Assembly: GCA_020891255.1 (NCBI GenBank)
Contig: BQFW01000009.1
Location: forward strand, 1,364,001-1,428,000
Length of the DNA stretch: 64,000 bases
Source: Entomortierella parvispora E1425
Taxonomy: Eukaryota; Fungi; Mortierellomycota
Direction of reading: 5' to 3'
The notes below the pieces were generated by a model, which saw only the letters and a list, made by a program, of their open reading frames with translations, did not search any database and was not told where the DNA came from. The translations under genes were made by a program, and so were the position numbers. This document shows, piece by piece, positions 32,525 through 45,198 of this stretch. Position 1 is the stretch's first letter, and every line of letters begins with the position of its first letter.

Positions 32525-35500
32525 TCAGTCATCTTCGACATCAAGGTAGAGATCTCGGATCTCCTGGTGATCCAGTCGGCGCTCTTGCTGCATTTCCAAA
32601 AGACCCCTGATCACCTCTTGCGCGCCCATATCTTGGATCTCGTCAATCTTTGAAATTTGCTGCTGCAGTTGCGATCGAATCTTGTCATGAGTCTTTGCCT
32701 GATCCAAATCAAACGCGTCCTCTTCTTCATCCTCTTGAATAGGAGCAGGGGTTTCAAGACCAGCCATCGCCTTCTTGTGTTCGCCAAGCTTGCGCAACGC
32801 GTCTTCATCCGAGGTAAACATAGGTTGGCAGGTATGAAGTTCATAGATGATCTGACCCAAAGACCACATATCCATCGTTGGAAGAGCTGTCAGCTTTTCA
32901 ATTGGCTCCCCATTGGACGAGGTGGAGATGGAAGTGGAGCTACTGCTGGCAGAAGTCTTGATCTCTGTCCGTGTTATGGTACCATCGGATTTCTTCACAG
33001 TCTCAAAGACCGCATCTCTGTTCGGGTTCTCCACATCAGCCTGAATCGCCTGACGAGCTAGTCTCTTTTGGTAACGGCGGCAAGGAATCAAGACCTCAGG
33101 GGAAGAATAGGCTGTTGTCTCCATGCCTAGATCAGCAGATTCTCCAATGAACCGAGCATGATTGAAGTTCCAAAGTTTCCAGCGCTGTTCAACCTTTGGC
33201 GCAAGGCCATCAGATGATGTCCTGATAGAATAGGTCGAGTAAGTAGAGGCACGATATCCGCCTTGACCGTCTGGCTCAGAGTAGACCTCTTGCAAAATGA
33301 TACTTGAAGGCGAAAGGTTGAGATGAACAACATGATGGTCGTGGCACCACTTGACAGCTGATGCAACGCTATCTGTCAGCGCTTTCAGTTCTAGCAGCGT
33401 CATTGGCCCCTGTCGTGCGAGAACCTCATCGCTTGGAGTGGCGGGTGGGATGATACCCTTTCGCACTCTAATGTACGACTCCAGAGTACGAGTGAATGGT
33501 CCCATTACAGACACGAACCGGTATTCGGAAGAGGGTGGCAAGGTGTAGAGTGTAAAGAGCTCCACAATATGCTTTTCCTGTGCCAAATGTTGAAGCATAC
33601 CCGCCTCTCGTTTCCATTGGAACTCGTTCTTCATCCACCGGAGAGATTGTTCTCGGGGCTCGGATTCAGTGTTTAAACCAGCACCACTAGGTCCGGGAAC
33701 AACAGGCGAAGGCAGACCTTGTTCTTGTCCTGTGATCTTGGACGAGTCCCGGACGTGAGAGTAAGCAGAGCCTGCGATGTGGATATCTTTGGCACCCTCA
33801 ATCATCTCGACTTGAGAGAACATGAGAGTTCCGGGCTTGGCATCAGGCGTGGCTTTACCGGCATCGGAGCGTTCGTAACGGACAATGCTCAGTTTGAGGG
33901 TGATCTGGGTCTTCGTCGACGAAGTGGCCACCTGTGGTGCACCCTGCTGGACAATCACTCGTTGCTGCTGCTGCTGTTGCTGTGTTTGAGTTAGAACTCC
34001 TCCAGCAGCCATGGTTCCTACAACAACCATTCCTTCAAGGAGATGCGCAGGAAGAGCCGACGAGGAAGAGGATGTTGCCATCGTCGTGGTCATGGTAGTT
34101 GTTTTCTTTCCGGACTTGATCACTGTCTGACTGCTGTTGCTTCCACCAGGTGCTCCTCCATTTTGACTAGAGATCGATGAGCTAGAGGTTGAACTTCCAA
34201 AAGCAAGGGACGAGGTTGAGGTGTTTCCGCCCGACACTACCATGCCGGCACTGGCATTGCTCATTAAGCGACTATGGCCCTGCACGTCGTCGTCCAAGAC
34301 CTCCTGAGACGCAGAGCGAAGGATCTCCTGTGTCTCTCCAGACTGAATAACATTGGGTCCAGGTCTCGTTCCTGATATCGTTTTTGTCGTGGTAGTTGTG
34401 GTTGTGGTTGTGGTTTTGGTGACCCCACCTTCGGTAGTTGTTGTCTTGGTGACCCCTCCCTTGGTGGTGCTGGTGGAACTACCCTCAGCAGTGGTGACTG
34501 AGGTAACCTTGGACGATTCTGCAGACGAGGAATGGTGAGCGGCAATAACAGCTGCACCGGCTGCACCCGCAATCATTGCTCCACCGATCATAGCTGCGTC
34601 ACCAGAGGCAAATACACCGTTGTTTTCATGCTCCTCTCTTGGGATCACTTCCACCGATTCAGCCTCGTCATCTGGCTTGTCCTGCTCGATCTTTGTACTA
34701 ATGGCATCGGTTGTGATTGACATCACAGGAACTGGGGGAACCGCTGTTGTCGGACTTGGCGGGGCGCTGCGACGAGGAGGACCACTGTAGTCTCTTCCGC
34801 TCATAAAGAACTTTGTTGAAGTCCTCTTGGCCGCCAAAAGTGCACTCTGGTTCAGGCTCTCGGTCGATGAGTCCCCATGAGTGGCGTGGCCAGCTCCAAA
34901 GACTTGCTCCGTGCTGCTCTGGGCTGGAGCAGGTCGTAGTTGGATCGACTCCTTGCGGCGGTGCCGTTCAGCAATAGAGCCAGCGACAACAACCACAGCT
35001 CCAGCTGCAGCAATGCCTGAGAGAATGGCTCCTCCATTGCCAGCACCGGAGCCGGCAGCAGCAGTTAATTCAGTGCTTCCTTCGCGGGGGATGATGTACT
35101 CTCCGTCAGTCGACGAACCAGCACCTCCAGAGGCACCGCCCATTCCTCCAGCCAATGGAGTCAAGCCTGGAATGTTGGTGTCTCCACCTCCTGGTGCGCC
35201 TGGATACTTGGCCTCGGGCCCTCCTGTTGGACCGGCAATAGTTCCATCAGGACCGTACGTTCCTGCACCACCTAAGTAGCCATCGTCAGGGCCCGCTGCA
35301 CCGTACTCTCCAGCAGCTGCTGCACCCTCTGCGGCGTTCGCTCGTTCACGTTTCCTCTTGACGAGAATGAAGAGCAAGGAGACAAGCGCGATCAAGGCCA
35401 CGACACCAAACAACCCACCAAGAATGGCGCTCGTATTAGCATGGGACGAATCGCCGACTTTTGCGCCGCTTGGACCCGGTCCGACACCGCCGTTGGTTGG

Positions 35501-38402
35501 AAGAGCCGATCCGGTGGCCGTTGCATTCGCTCCAACAAGGACTTGACCTGTCGGCTGTGCATCAGGATTTGGGAAAGGAGCGTTGGGACTGATGGCTCCT
35601 GGGACGCCATTTGGAATCGTACCAGGGGGGAAACCTGAAGAAGGTGTCCAGGATCCACCTGAGCTTGTTCCTCCAGAGCCTCCAGAACCAGATACTTCAG
35701 AACCCCCAGAACCAGATCCTCCAGAACCTCCAGAACCAGAACCTCCAGAGCCAGAGCCTCCAGAACCTCCAGAACCAGAACCTCCAGAACCAGAACCTCC
35801 AGAACCTCCAGAATCAGAACCTCCAGAACCAGAACCTCCAGAACCAGTACCTCCAGAACCAGAGCCTCTAGAACCGCCAGAACCAGAGCCGCCTGATCCT
35901 CCAGAGTCAGAACTTTCTGAATCAGATCCTCCAGAACCAGATCCTCCAGAACCAGATCCTCCAGAGCCAGAGCCTCCGGAACCAGAGCCTCCTGATCCTC
36001 CAGAGTCAGAACCAGATCTGCCAGATCCACCAGATCCTTCAGAGCCAGATCCACCAGATCCACCAGATCCTTCAGAGCCAGATCCACCAGATCCACCAGA
36101 TCCTTCAGAGCCGGATCCACCAGAACTTCCAAAGCCAGATCTGCCGGAGCCTCCAGAGCCGGATCCACCAGAACTTCCAAAGCCAGATCTGCCGGAGCCT
36201 CCAGAACCAGATCTACCAGAGCCTCCAGAACCAGATCTGCCAGATCCCCCAGAGACAAAGCCGCCAGATCCTCCAGATCCTCCAGACCCTCCAGGCCCTC
36301 CAGACCCTCCAAATCCTCCAGAGCCAACGATAATAATGCCACCGGTGCCAAGGCCGCCGCTTTCGTTGCCATTGTTGCCTTCGCCGTTATTGTGATCGTC
36401 TTCGTTATCATCATCGTTATCATCGTCGTCATCATCATCGTCATCTTCGTCGTTGCCGTAGCCGGGTCTGAAGATGGCCACGGGAGCCGATCCGGAAACT
36501 TCGCCTTCTTCGCCAGCTTGAAGGTTCGTGCTGCAATCCTCAGCCTTGTCGCAACTGCCATAGACAATGATTCCATCTCCACAACTGGCACAGGTCAATC
36601 CTCCTGGAGTAGGGCCTCCCTGCGATTGAGCAGCGATTATATAAGATTCAGACCCATCTTTGTGCGAAGTGTCGATGCTCCAGACACCAACTCCCTTGTC
36701 ATTCTAGAAGCAAGGGAATGGCAGAAACGCATTAGACGTGACTAAAAAAAAAAAAAAAGGAAAAAAAAACCTAGATGTTCACCTTTCCAAATATAAAGAG
36801 TTGGCCGCCAAAATACACAGCGCGAGGATGCTCAACCTCCAAGTTGGGCAAGGTATGGAAGCCAATCCTGCCACCACCGTTCTCATCATCCTTGTGATCC
36901 TCCAACTGGGATGGGTAGACGATATCAAAGGGGATATCGCGCGGGCGATCGGCTATGGAGATGTCGAACCACCCAGAGCCCTGGGGTCCAAAGAGGAACA
37001 GAGTCGTGTTGTCGCAGCGGCTTCCGTGGTCGCCCTTTTGCTTGTACTTCTTGGGGGCACTCTGGTGGGTGTAGTGGTTTGGATTCAGGGGCGAGGCCAC
37101 CAGGGTGATGTCGGAGGGCAGGATGCCATGACTGTTGTATCGTTGGGATAGTTTTTTTTAGGGCAAAGGAGGCAGAGAGCGGGCGGAATGTCAAAAGGGG
37201 AGAGGAAAAAAATAGGAAGAGGCAAGGCGGAAACGAGATGAATAAAGGGGCGCAGATCACAGCGGATAAAAATACCAAAAAAAAAGGGACTCTTCAGAAG
37301 AGGTGTAACTGCAGTAACTGCATCGCAATTAGTAACCCAGAAGTTTTGCCTGCAACTTACCCAATCTTGATATCATGGCAAGAGTTGATTTGATGGTTCA
37401 CGAGTTGGATTCCTGTGAGGTGGTCGCGTTCATTCTGGTCCTTCCACTGAATCACGATCGTGTCCAGAGCTTCCTCCTTGTCTCGCCCGGTACCCTCTCG
37501 TCTCTTTGCACGGTAGGATTGATAGACGAGGGCGAATCGATTCGGGTACTCGAACCTCAATTTCTTTTCATCCTTCTTCACCTTGACTTCACCGGTCGCG
37601 TCTTCAATCTCTTGTTCGTGACAGGAGCAAGGTCGATCAACTCGAACGTGACTCCAGATTCTCGCTTCGTGATCCCAAATCGAGAACCCAGCCTCGCCGC
37701 CATCATGATCGTACGCAGGGACCATAAAGAAGTGATCCGAGCTCAAGAAGCAATGTTCAGTGTCAAACCAGCGACCCTCATGAGCCTCTCCTCCGGGATA
37801 GGGCAACGAGGTCCAATGTGCGTGCTGCCAATCAAAACCTGATTCCTTGTCCAGATTTTCATCGTGCCATTGTTCTTCATCACTCGAGGCCTTGCCACGT
37901 TTCTTGTTATCGTCGCAGGCCTCGGTCGAATTGATAAAATTGAAGACCAAGGTGCTATTGGAATCGTAACCGATCATAAAAGTACGGCCGTGGAATTTAT
38001 CCACCACCAGACATTGTCTTTGGAGGACAGGCGGGGGCTCTGCATGCCACCGTTTTTGAAGTGTAGGAGCTGTGCAGCGTGCATGTTAGATGGTGTGAAA
38101 AAAGATAACGATAGGTGGGAATCAAAAGGTTTTTTTAAAAAAACAACGCAACGCGAGCAATGCGCGTCATTGAGTGAAAGAAAAAACGGGGAGATGGTGG
38201 TGTTCATGGTCAGTCCAAAGTGCCTGTATTATGTTGGTGTAGCACAAGGGAATAAAAAATAAGGATGAAACGATGGAGAGAGAGACTTGCCTTTGATAGA
38301 AACTGCGTCGACGGCGATCCAATGGACAAGACATTGGAGGAGAGAGAAGACGAGTAGAAAAGAGGCCACCTTGGCGGCAGAGCGAACATGGCGGTCGCTC
38401 AT
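32525..38402 (-). CDS. Receptor-like single-pass membrane protein with C-terminal pseudokinase domain, ~1,782 aa, 4 exons
   Basis: Exons 38402-38291, 38069-37361, 37131-36783, 36703-32525 join in phase (5,349 nt). Signal peptide, TM AILGGLFGVVALIALVSLLFILV-KRKR (35428-35360), kinase-like subdomains VVHLNLSPSSI, KLWNFNHAR, TTAYSSPE, DMWSLGQIIYEL. Confidence 0.82.
35650..36325 (-). repeat. Coding GGSGS/GGSGSG repeat tract (~225 aa) with nested 15-, 24- and 36-nt units
   Basis: Plus strand shows ccagaacc(t)/ccagatcc arrays; ccagatccttcagagcc(a/g)gatccacc occurs three times around 36030-36120. Confidence 0.9.
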
Positions 38403-39624
38403 ATTAGTGTACGGTGCGGTGTGAAAAAGTGAAGAGAAGAACAAGCAAAAGCAAGAAAAATCAGGGCAGAGTAATATGGCAGGAAAAAAAGGGTTACGAC
38501 GTTGGAGGGGTTGGTGTTTTTGGGGATGTTTCCTATGACCCTCGGGCGTGATTGAATCAAATAAACAGGGTTGGTGTGCTGTGAGATCGCCGAAGAGTGG
38601 GGCGTGTGCAACGGAGAGCTTGGCGTGGACGAGAATGTCGGGTGTAAAGAGTTGTAAAGTCGAAGAATCAAGTGTCTTTGTCAGGCATAATAGACTGTCA
38701 TCCAAGGAATGGCCTAGACTGTGCAGTTTGCAGGACGGACAATTGAAAAAAAAAGAGATGAACGAGATGAAGGGAAAAGAAGGGAAAGGAAGGCAAAGGA
38801 AAAGGAAAGATCGTGGTGTCAGTTGCGAATGCAAGAGACAAATGGTGAGAATGGTTGAAAGGAGGAAAAAAAAGAGGAGAGAAAGAGAACGGCAGCGGAG
38901 GGATTGAAGGACCATGAAAAAAGCGACGTGGTTCAAGTGCTCAGAAAAAAAAAACGGGAGGACACTGCCGGGTCGCCGTCCCTGGTTGGCAGATGGACAG
39001 AGGCGCAACAGTAACCATGGATGGGCAAGAGGGTCCCTGAATTGTTGCGCTTGCAAACACTACGGACATGTCTCCTTGGATTTGCCCCGTTATTTTGGCC
39101 ATGCCTTTCTTTTTTTTTTTTTCCTCTTTCCCATACCACCTCCTTGAACTTTTCGTTTTTCCTCGCAGCGAGAGAATTTCCATTTCTTTCTGGCAAATAC
39201 ATAGGGGCCAATCTAGTCCCGATGAAAGAGGCTGGCGCGTGTGGCACCATGGACGAGACGGCGGCGAGGCGGACGAGGAATAGAGTGGCTGAGATGAAGC
39301 AAGGGGCTCCAGTGAATGCGAGCTTGATATTCACATTTTCTAGGTCGATTTGACCAATCAGCGCCAGAACGCCTGTTGTGGACAACAAACAATACAACGT
39401 GACAGCATGTTTCCCTGGAGAAATAGCTGTCAGAGCCGACCAGCCAGCCTGTCTATGGCATCATGTGCAACCTGCGGCAAAGCCACCCAATGCACTGCCC
39501 AAAACTCGCGACGCCAGCCCCTCGCAGCCACTCGTTTTCGACGTCTAATTTCATCTCTTTTCTCATTTTAGTTCCACTCACGCACCCTCTCCTTCCCCTC
39601 TTCCCACACCACAAAGTCGAAACC

Positions 39625-40104
39625 ATGACCATTACCCTCACTTCCCTCGACAACCAAGAGTTCAAGGTCGACAAGGAGGTCGCCGAGCGCTCGATCCTCA
39701 TCAAGAACATGATTGAGGATGTCGGCGAGTCTGATGCCCCCATCCCCTTGCCTAACGTGTCCGCCGCTGTGTTGACCAAGGTGATTGAGTACTGCGAGCA
39801 CCACCGTAACGATCCCGTCCAGGTCCAGGACGAGACCGACGACCCCCGCAAGCGCTCGAACGATATCGAGGAGTGGGACATGAAGTTTATGCAGGTTGAC
39901 CAGGAGATGCTCTTTGAGATCATCTTGGCCGCCAACTACTTGGACATCAAGCCCCTCTTGGACGTTGGCTGCAAGACTGTTGCCAACATTATCAAGGGAA
40001 AGACCCCGGAGGAGATCCGTAAGGCCTTCAACATCGTCAACGACTTCACGCCCGAGGAGGAGGCTCAGATTAAGAAGGAGAACGAGTGGGCAGAGGACCG
40101 TTAA
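39625..40104 (+). CDS. SKP1: SCF ubiquitin ligase adaptor Skp1 (159 aa), intronless
   Basis: [81 protein letters not shown]-like end. Confidence 0.98.
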   Translation: MTITLTSLDNQEFKVDKEVAERSILIKNMIEDVGESDAPIPLPNVSAAVLTKVIEYCEHHRNDPVQVQDETDDPRKRSNDIEEWDMKFMQVDQEMLFEIILAANYLDIKPLLDVGCKTVANIIKGKTPEEIRKAFNIVNDFTPEEEAQIKKENEWAEDR

Positions 40105-40732
40105 AAGACACGCCGTGCTTTTTTTTTTTTGACTTCTCGACGACCAACAGGAGAAAAAAAAATTACCGCTCCTGTTGCCCTGAGAAACCAAGGCGCACAA
40201 CAATGGAGGATGTACAACAGAACTTTTGCTCTCTCTCGCATATCTTTTTTACACCCCAGAAAACATCTTTTCAACCCACTCAAGAAACATGGCTTTGTAT
40301 ATCTTTTTCTCCCCTTCCTACTCTTGACTCTTTTTCAATAATAAAAAAAAAAAAAAAATAAGGCGTGGTAGACCCAAAAATGCCATTGATGAAAAAAAAA
40401 AGTGTGGATTTGACCAAAGAGGTGTACGTGTGTGTTGAGTCAGGCACGGGAATAATCCTCGCATTAGGCATCGCCCTCCTTTGTCTTTCCAAGGACAAAG
40501 AGATATCCTTGGCAAAGTTCATTCGGAGGCGCAACACCTTGTTACGCACCGGCAACATTCTATAACCTTCCAGGGGCTCTGCGACCACATCAAAGAGAGC
40601 CTATGGCTTCTTTCTCGGAAAGGACCCGACAATTACAAAAGCTCAGTCCACCACAGACAAGTGAAGGCAAATATCTTACTCTATTGTTCGAGATGAGAAT
40701 GGAAAAAAGGCTATGATACAAGTGTTTAAAAA

Positions 40733-42477
40733 CTAAGATTGGGCGCACTGGACACCAGGACCAGCATGACCTTCGTCATCCTCGTCAGAGTCATAAGCAT
40801 TGCCAGAGTGCGACTGGGCACCGTAGTCCTCCATGTCACCCTCCTCAAGTGTGCAGACATCAACCAATTCGGGTTCGATGGGCTGAGGGCCACGAGATGG
40901 GAGCAGTGCCTCAAGAGACTTCATGCTTGAAGCAGTAGCCCAGTTGTCGGCTGGGAACTCAACCTCAAAGGTAATGTACAAGTCACCCTTGTCGATTGGG
41001 CGCTTGTAGTGTGGCATACCCTCGCCAACAATCTTCATGACCTGGTCAGGCTTGATGACCTTGCCTGCAGGCCAGTCTACATGAACGCCACGTCCATCCA
41101 AGTGGGTAAGCAAAATCTTGGAAAATCCGCAGAGCGCCTCAACCAAGGTGATGGTGATTTTGCAGGACAAGTCGGCTCCAGAGCGCTCGAAAAGAGCATG
41201 AGGCTTTTGCTGAAGCACCAAGATAACGTCGCCAGTCTCCACGTCCGGCTGCTGATCAGCCTCGCCCTTCATGGGGATCTTTTCACCGTTGCGCATACCC
41301 TTCTCAATGAAAATTTCCATGACTTTCTTTTCGTTGACGACCTTGTTGCCCTTGCACTTTTTGCACCTGTCCTTCTCCCGCATGATCGAACCCTCGCCGT
41401 CGCCTATAGTTTACAGTAGTAATGTTAGGTACTGGTCAGAAGAAAAGGATACTGGCACTTGGGCACAGTTATCATTATCTCTTCAACTGGATCAGTGATC
41501 AGGGATCACTCTGTTAAAAGGGCCGAAACTTACATCCGGGACAGGTGACCTGCATCTGCTGCATCATGCCGGGTCCAATCTGACGAACAACCAGCTTCAC
41601 ACCGCGACCCTCGCAAGTGGTGCACTTCTTGATCGCACTGGCTTTGCCTCCCTTGCTAGAAATATCAAAAGGAAAAAAATAGGGTTCGAGAGGTACATTG
41701 GTTAGATCTTGAGTTAGGAATTTTGCCCCAAACATTCGCCGACAAAGAGCCACCTTCCAAAAAGTTCTAGAGAGGGCTCGTCGATCCGATGTTGTGACAG
41801 TCATTTCTGCTAAGATGTCAACCTACCCATGGCAAAGTCCGCAGACAACGTTCTTCTCCAACGAGAGCTTGGTCGTCTTTCCATTGTAGAGATCCTCCAA
41901 GGTGACGTTGAGGTTGTGAGAGATATCCTCGCCACGGCGAGTTCTGGAGCGGCCGCCTTCACCACCCATGGGGCCGCCAAAGAAGCCAGCGCCACCACCA
42001 AACATCTGTGCAAACATCTCTTCCTGGCTCATGCCTCCAAAGCCGAATCCACCGCCGCCTCCAGGACCGTCCTCGCCATAACGATCGTACATCTCACGGC
42101 TCTCAGGATCGCTCAGAGTCTCATAGGCATGACTATCGTATCCATATCAGAGCAAAAAGGTCAACCTCGTTAGCAAGCGATCAAGAGCCAACATGAATCT
42201 CCAAAAAAAAAAAAGTAATGAATGCCTGTGCGAACCTGATCTCCTTGAACTTGTCACCGGCATCAGGGTTCTTGTCAGGATGGTACTTCATGGCGAGCTT
42301 TCTATAGGCCTATTCCAGAGAAGTAGTAGCAGCAGGGATATGTCAGTCGCAGTCCACAGAGAATCCTGTCTGCAGAACAGAATGTTGACGACCATTGGCT
42401 ACCTTCTTGATTTCAGCCTCGGAGGCATCGGGGGAGACACCGAGGGTGTCGTAGTACTTTGTCTCTCCACGCATCAT
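40733..42477 (-). CDS. YDJ1: Type I DnaJ/Hsp40 co-chaperone (Ydj1/Mas5) with CaaX box, 5 exons
   Basis: [20 protein letters not shown] region, four CxxCxGxG-type repeats across the exons, C-terminal GPGVQCAQS*. Confidence 0.95.
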
Positions 42478-42755
42478 GACTTGATTAGATTAGATTAGAT
42501 TAGAAGAGGGAGGTGAAAGAGGAAGGAATGGAAATGGAGGGATGGAGAAGAGAAGAGGAGAGAAAGGAGAGAGAAAGGCCAGGAACTATTTTTTTTAATC
42601 TCAAGCGGACTGTTTGTTCTTCCCCTGGGCCTCTCTCAGTTCGTCTCACCCTTTTTTCTGTGCTCCGCCTGCACCAGACTGGCCCACAGTCACACACCTT
42701 TGAAGCATGTTCACGATCAGCATTCCACTCCTTTTTGGAAATCAATGTACCGCCC

Positions 42756-44828
42756 ATGCCGCAAAGTCTCCTAATCCCTGCCAACGATGCATCCCAGCGA
42801 TTGGAGCAGGCGTTCCAGCTCATGTTCCAAAGCTCGCCTCTAGAGTATCGCCAGCTCTGTCGTACCTTTGAGCCTCTTGGCGGGCTGCCTCGAGCCTGGA
42901 TCATCAAAGGCGAGTCTGGAGTGGGAAAGACCTATCTGGCAAATGTCCTCTGTCAAAAATACTGCATCGACGACTCTATAACCATCACCATCGGAGAGTT
43001 GGCCATCATGTATCCTGGTGACATGCTCAAAGGATTGCGTACCTTCCTCGGATCCATCAAGCATCATGCTCGTGTTGTTGGTAAATATGAGTCTGGGACC
43101 ATCCTTTTCATTTTCAGGCGCGCGTCCTAACTCTGACTGGACCTTTGTGCTATACATGGTAGTCATCCTTGATAATATCGAGTTGTTGTTCCCACGCGAG
43201 GACAGCGACTTTTCACTTGTCTACGAGTTTCAGTCATGGATCCAGAGCCTCGCAGATCTCGACTCACAACTTGTTCATACTTCAGGAGAGAATGCACGCA
43301 GTATATCCCAGCAAAGGCGCGTGCTAGTTATAGGATTAACACAGGAAGAACGAGGGCTGGATCCGATTATAAGAACCCTCTTTGACGACTCGATCGAGGT
43401 GGACATTCCTACACCAGAGGAGCGAACTGTGATCTTGAAGGCATGCGCGATCAACCAGAGGATTCGCCTTTTATCAACAAACCAATTAAGCGGTCCAGAG
43501 TCTGCATCATACCCGTCAGCTGCTGACACCACTTCAGGGGCAAGCGACAACGATAATACGAGATCAGACTTGGATTCCTTGGACATAATCGCAATGAAGT
43601 GTCATGGGTACTTGGCGGCAGACCTCAACGCTCTCTGTATTCAAGCTGGAATCGTCGCCCATGGTCACGGCAGGACAACATTGGATCAACTTTTAATACC
43701 CGACTTTGAAGAGGGTATGAAGTCGATCCGTGTTTCGGCTTTAAGACAAAGCACCAGTGTTCAAAAAGTAGAGCCTGTGTATTGGTCCAACATTGGAGGA
43801 CTGGAGGATGTCAAAGTAAGGAGCCTCGAAACGACCCGAAAACTAAACGTCCCTTTCAGGTTCGGTTTACTGATTCGATGCTGTTATTCCGCATTTATTT
43901 GACAATTTGTAGAAAGTCTTGGAGGAATCAGTTATCTGGCTATACAAACATGCGGAGGCATATGAAAGAATGGGAATTGAACCGTCAAAGGGAGTCCTAT
44001 TGTATGGGCCACCAGGAACAGGAAAGACACTGCTGGCCAAGGCTGTTGCCACCGAATCTGAGGCCAACTTTATGGCAGTGTCCATCCCGGATCTCGTCAA
44101 AGGTGAAGTCGGAGAATCGGAAAAGGCGATTGCCAAGGTGTTCAAGACTGCCTCGAGATGCAGTCCTTGCATCGTTTTCCTGGACGAACTGGAAGCGATT
44201 TTTGGAATGAGGGAGTCCAGTGGAGGATTAGGGAAACAGGTAAGCAAGTTTGCCCTTTTTTTTGAGAAAATTGAGTCATATTCAATGACAATTTCTAACA
44301 GCCTTGTTTGGGATCAATTGCAGCTCATTTCTCAACTGCTGCTGGAGATAGACAATTGTGGCAAGGGCGTTGTGATCCTGGCGGCAACAAACCATCCAGA
44401 AGCAATTGATGGATCTATTCTACGACCAGGACGTCTGGATAGACTTGTTTATGTACCGCCGCCCACATTTGATGAGCGAATTGCCATCTTGGAGATCTTG
44501 AGGAAAAACACAAAGTTTGCCGACAATATGGATCTTCGCACTGTCAGTAACCTCACCAACAACTTTACAGGAGCTGACATGAAGGCGCTGGTCCGCAAAG
44601 CTGGGCTGTATGCTTTGAAGGCCAACAGGGTAAGTGTCTGTATGACAACCTTTTTACGTCATAGTGTTGCTTAATATTAATATCACTCCTTTGTCATTGT
44701 CATTGTCATGTCCACATGTGCATTGGCAGACTTGTATAGAGGCACAAGACTTTTTCTCCGCCACATCCGACGTCCAACCTTCTGTCAACCAACTGGGATT
44801 ACTTCGCTATGAGCAGTTCCGGCGATAA
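42756..44828 (+). CDS. Double AAA+ ATPase (Cdc48/Afg2-related, no N-domain), 5 exons
   Basis: D1 Walker A GESGVGKT. D2 WSNIGGLEDV, GVLLYGPPGTGKTLLAKAVA, IVFLDELE, AATNHPEAIDGSILRPGRLD. Introns at about 43081, 43816, 44240, 44630. Confidence 0.88.
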
Positions 44829-45198
44829 TCAATAAAATGACGCTACAGGAACCATAGTCATTAGAAGAAAGTGGTTGTTGTATCGTTCACCCTGGAAAGA
44901 GAGAGACGGGCAGAATGCCAGCAGCTGACTACATGCGGACTTCCGGGACAAAGACCCGAGGATGGATGTGATCGAAGGAGCAAAGCAAGAAATAATAGAG
45001 GACGTCCCCTCCCTCTGAAAGCGGCAATTCTCAAAATTTGCCTTTCTCGGTCGGTGCCCGTCCGGGGCGGGGCGACAATTTTTTCCTTTCATTCTTTTAT
45101 CAGCACTGACCGCGACACCGATCTCTTTTTTTCTTTTTCATCTCTCCTTCTTTTTCATTATAATCAATCTCGTCTCTTAATCTCCTTCCGATCTCACC

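Noticed and set aside
35583-36395. 270-aa Pro/Glu-rich plus-strand ORF and the 399-aa Leu/Val/Glu alternative-frame ORF (35392-36591)
   Set aside because: Both are antisense or off-frame shadows of the stop-free GGS repeat in the receptor gene.
42483-42503. (GATTA)4 next to the YDJ1 start and (GAAGGAT)n at about 53822-53860
   Set aside because: Short simple repeats with no evidence of function, and not a clear heat-shock element.
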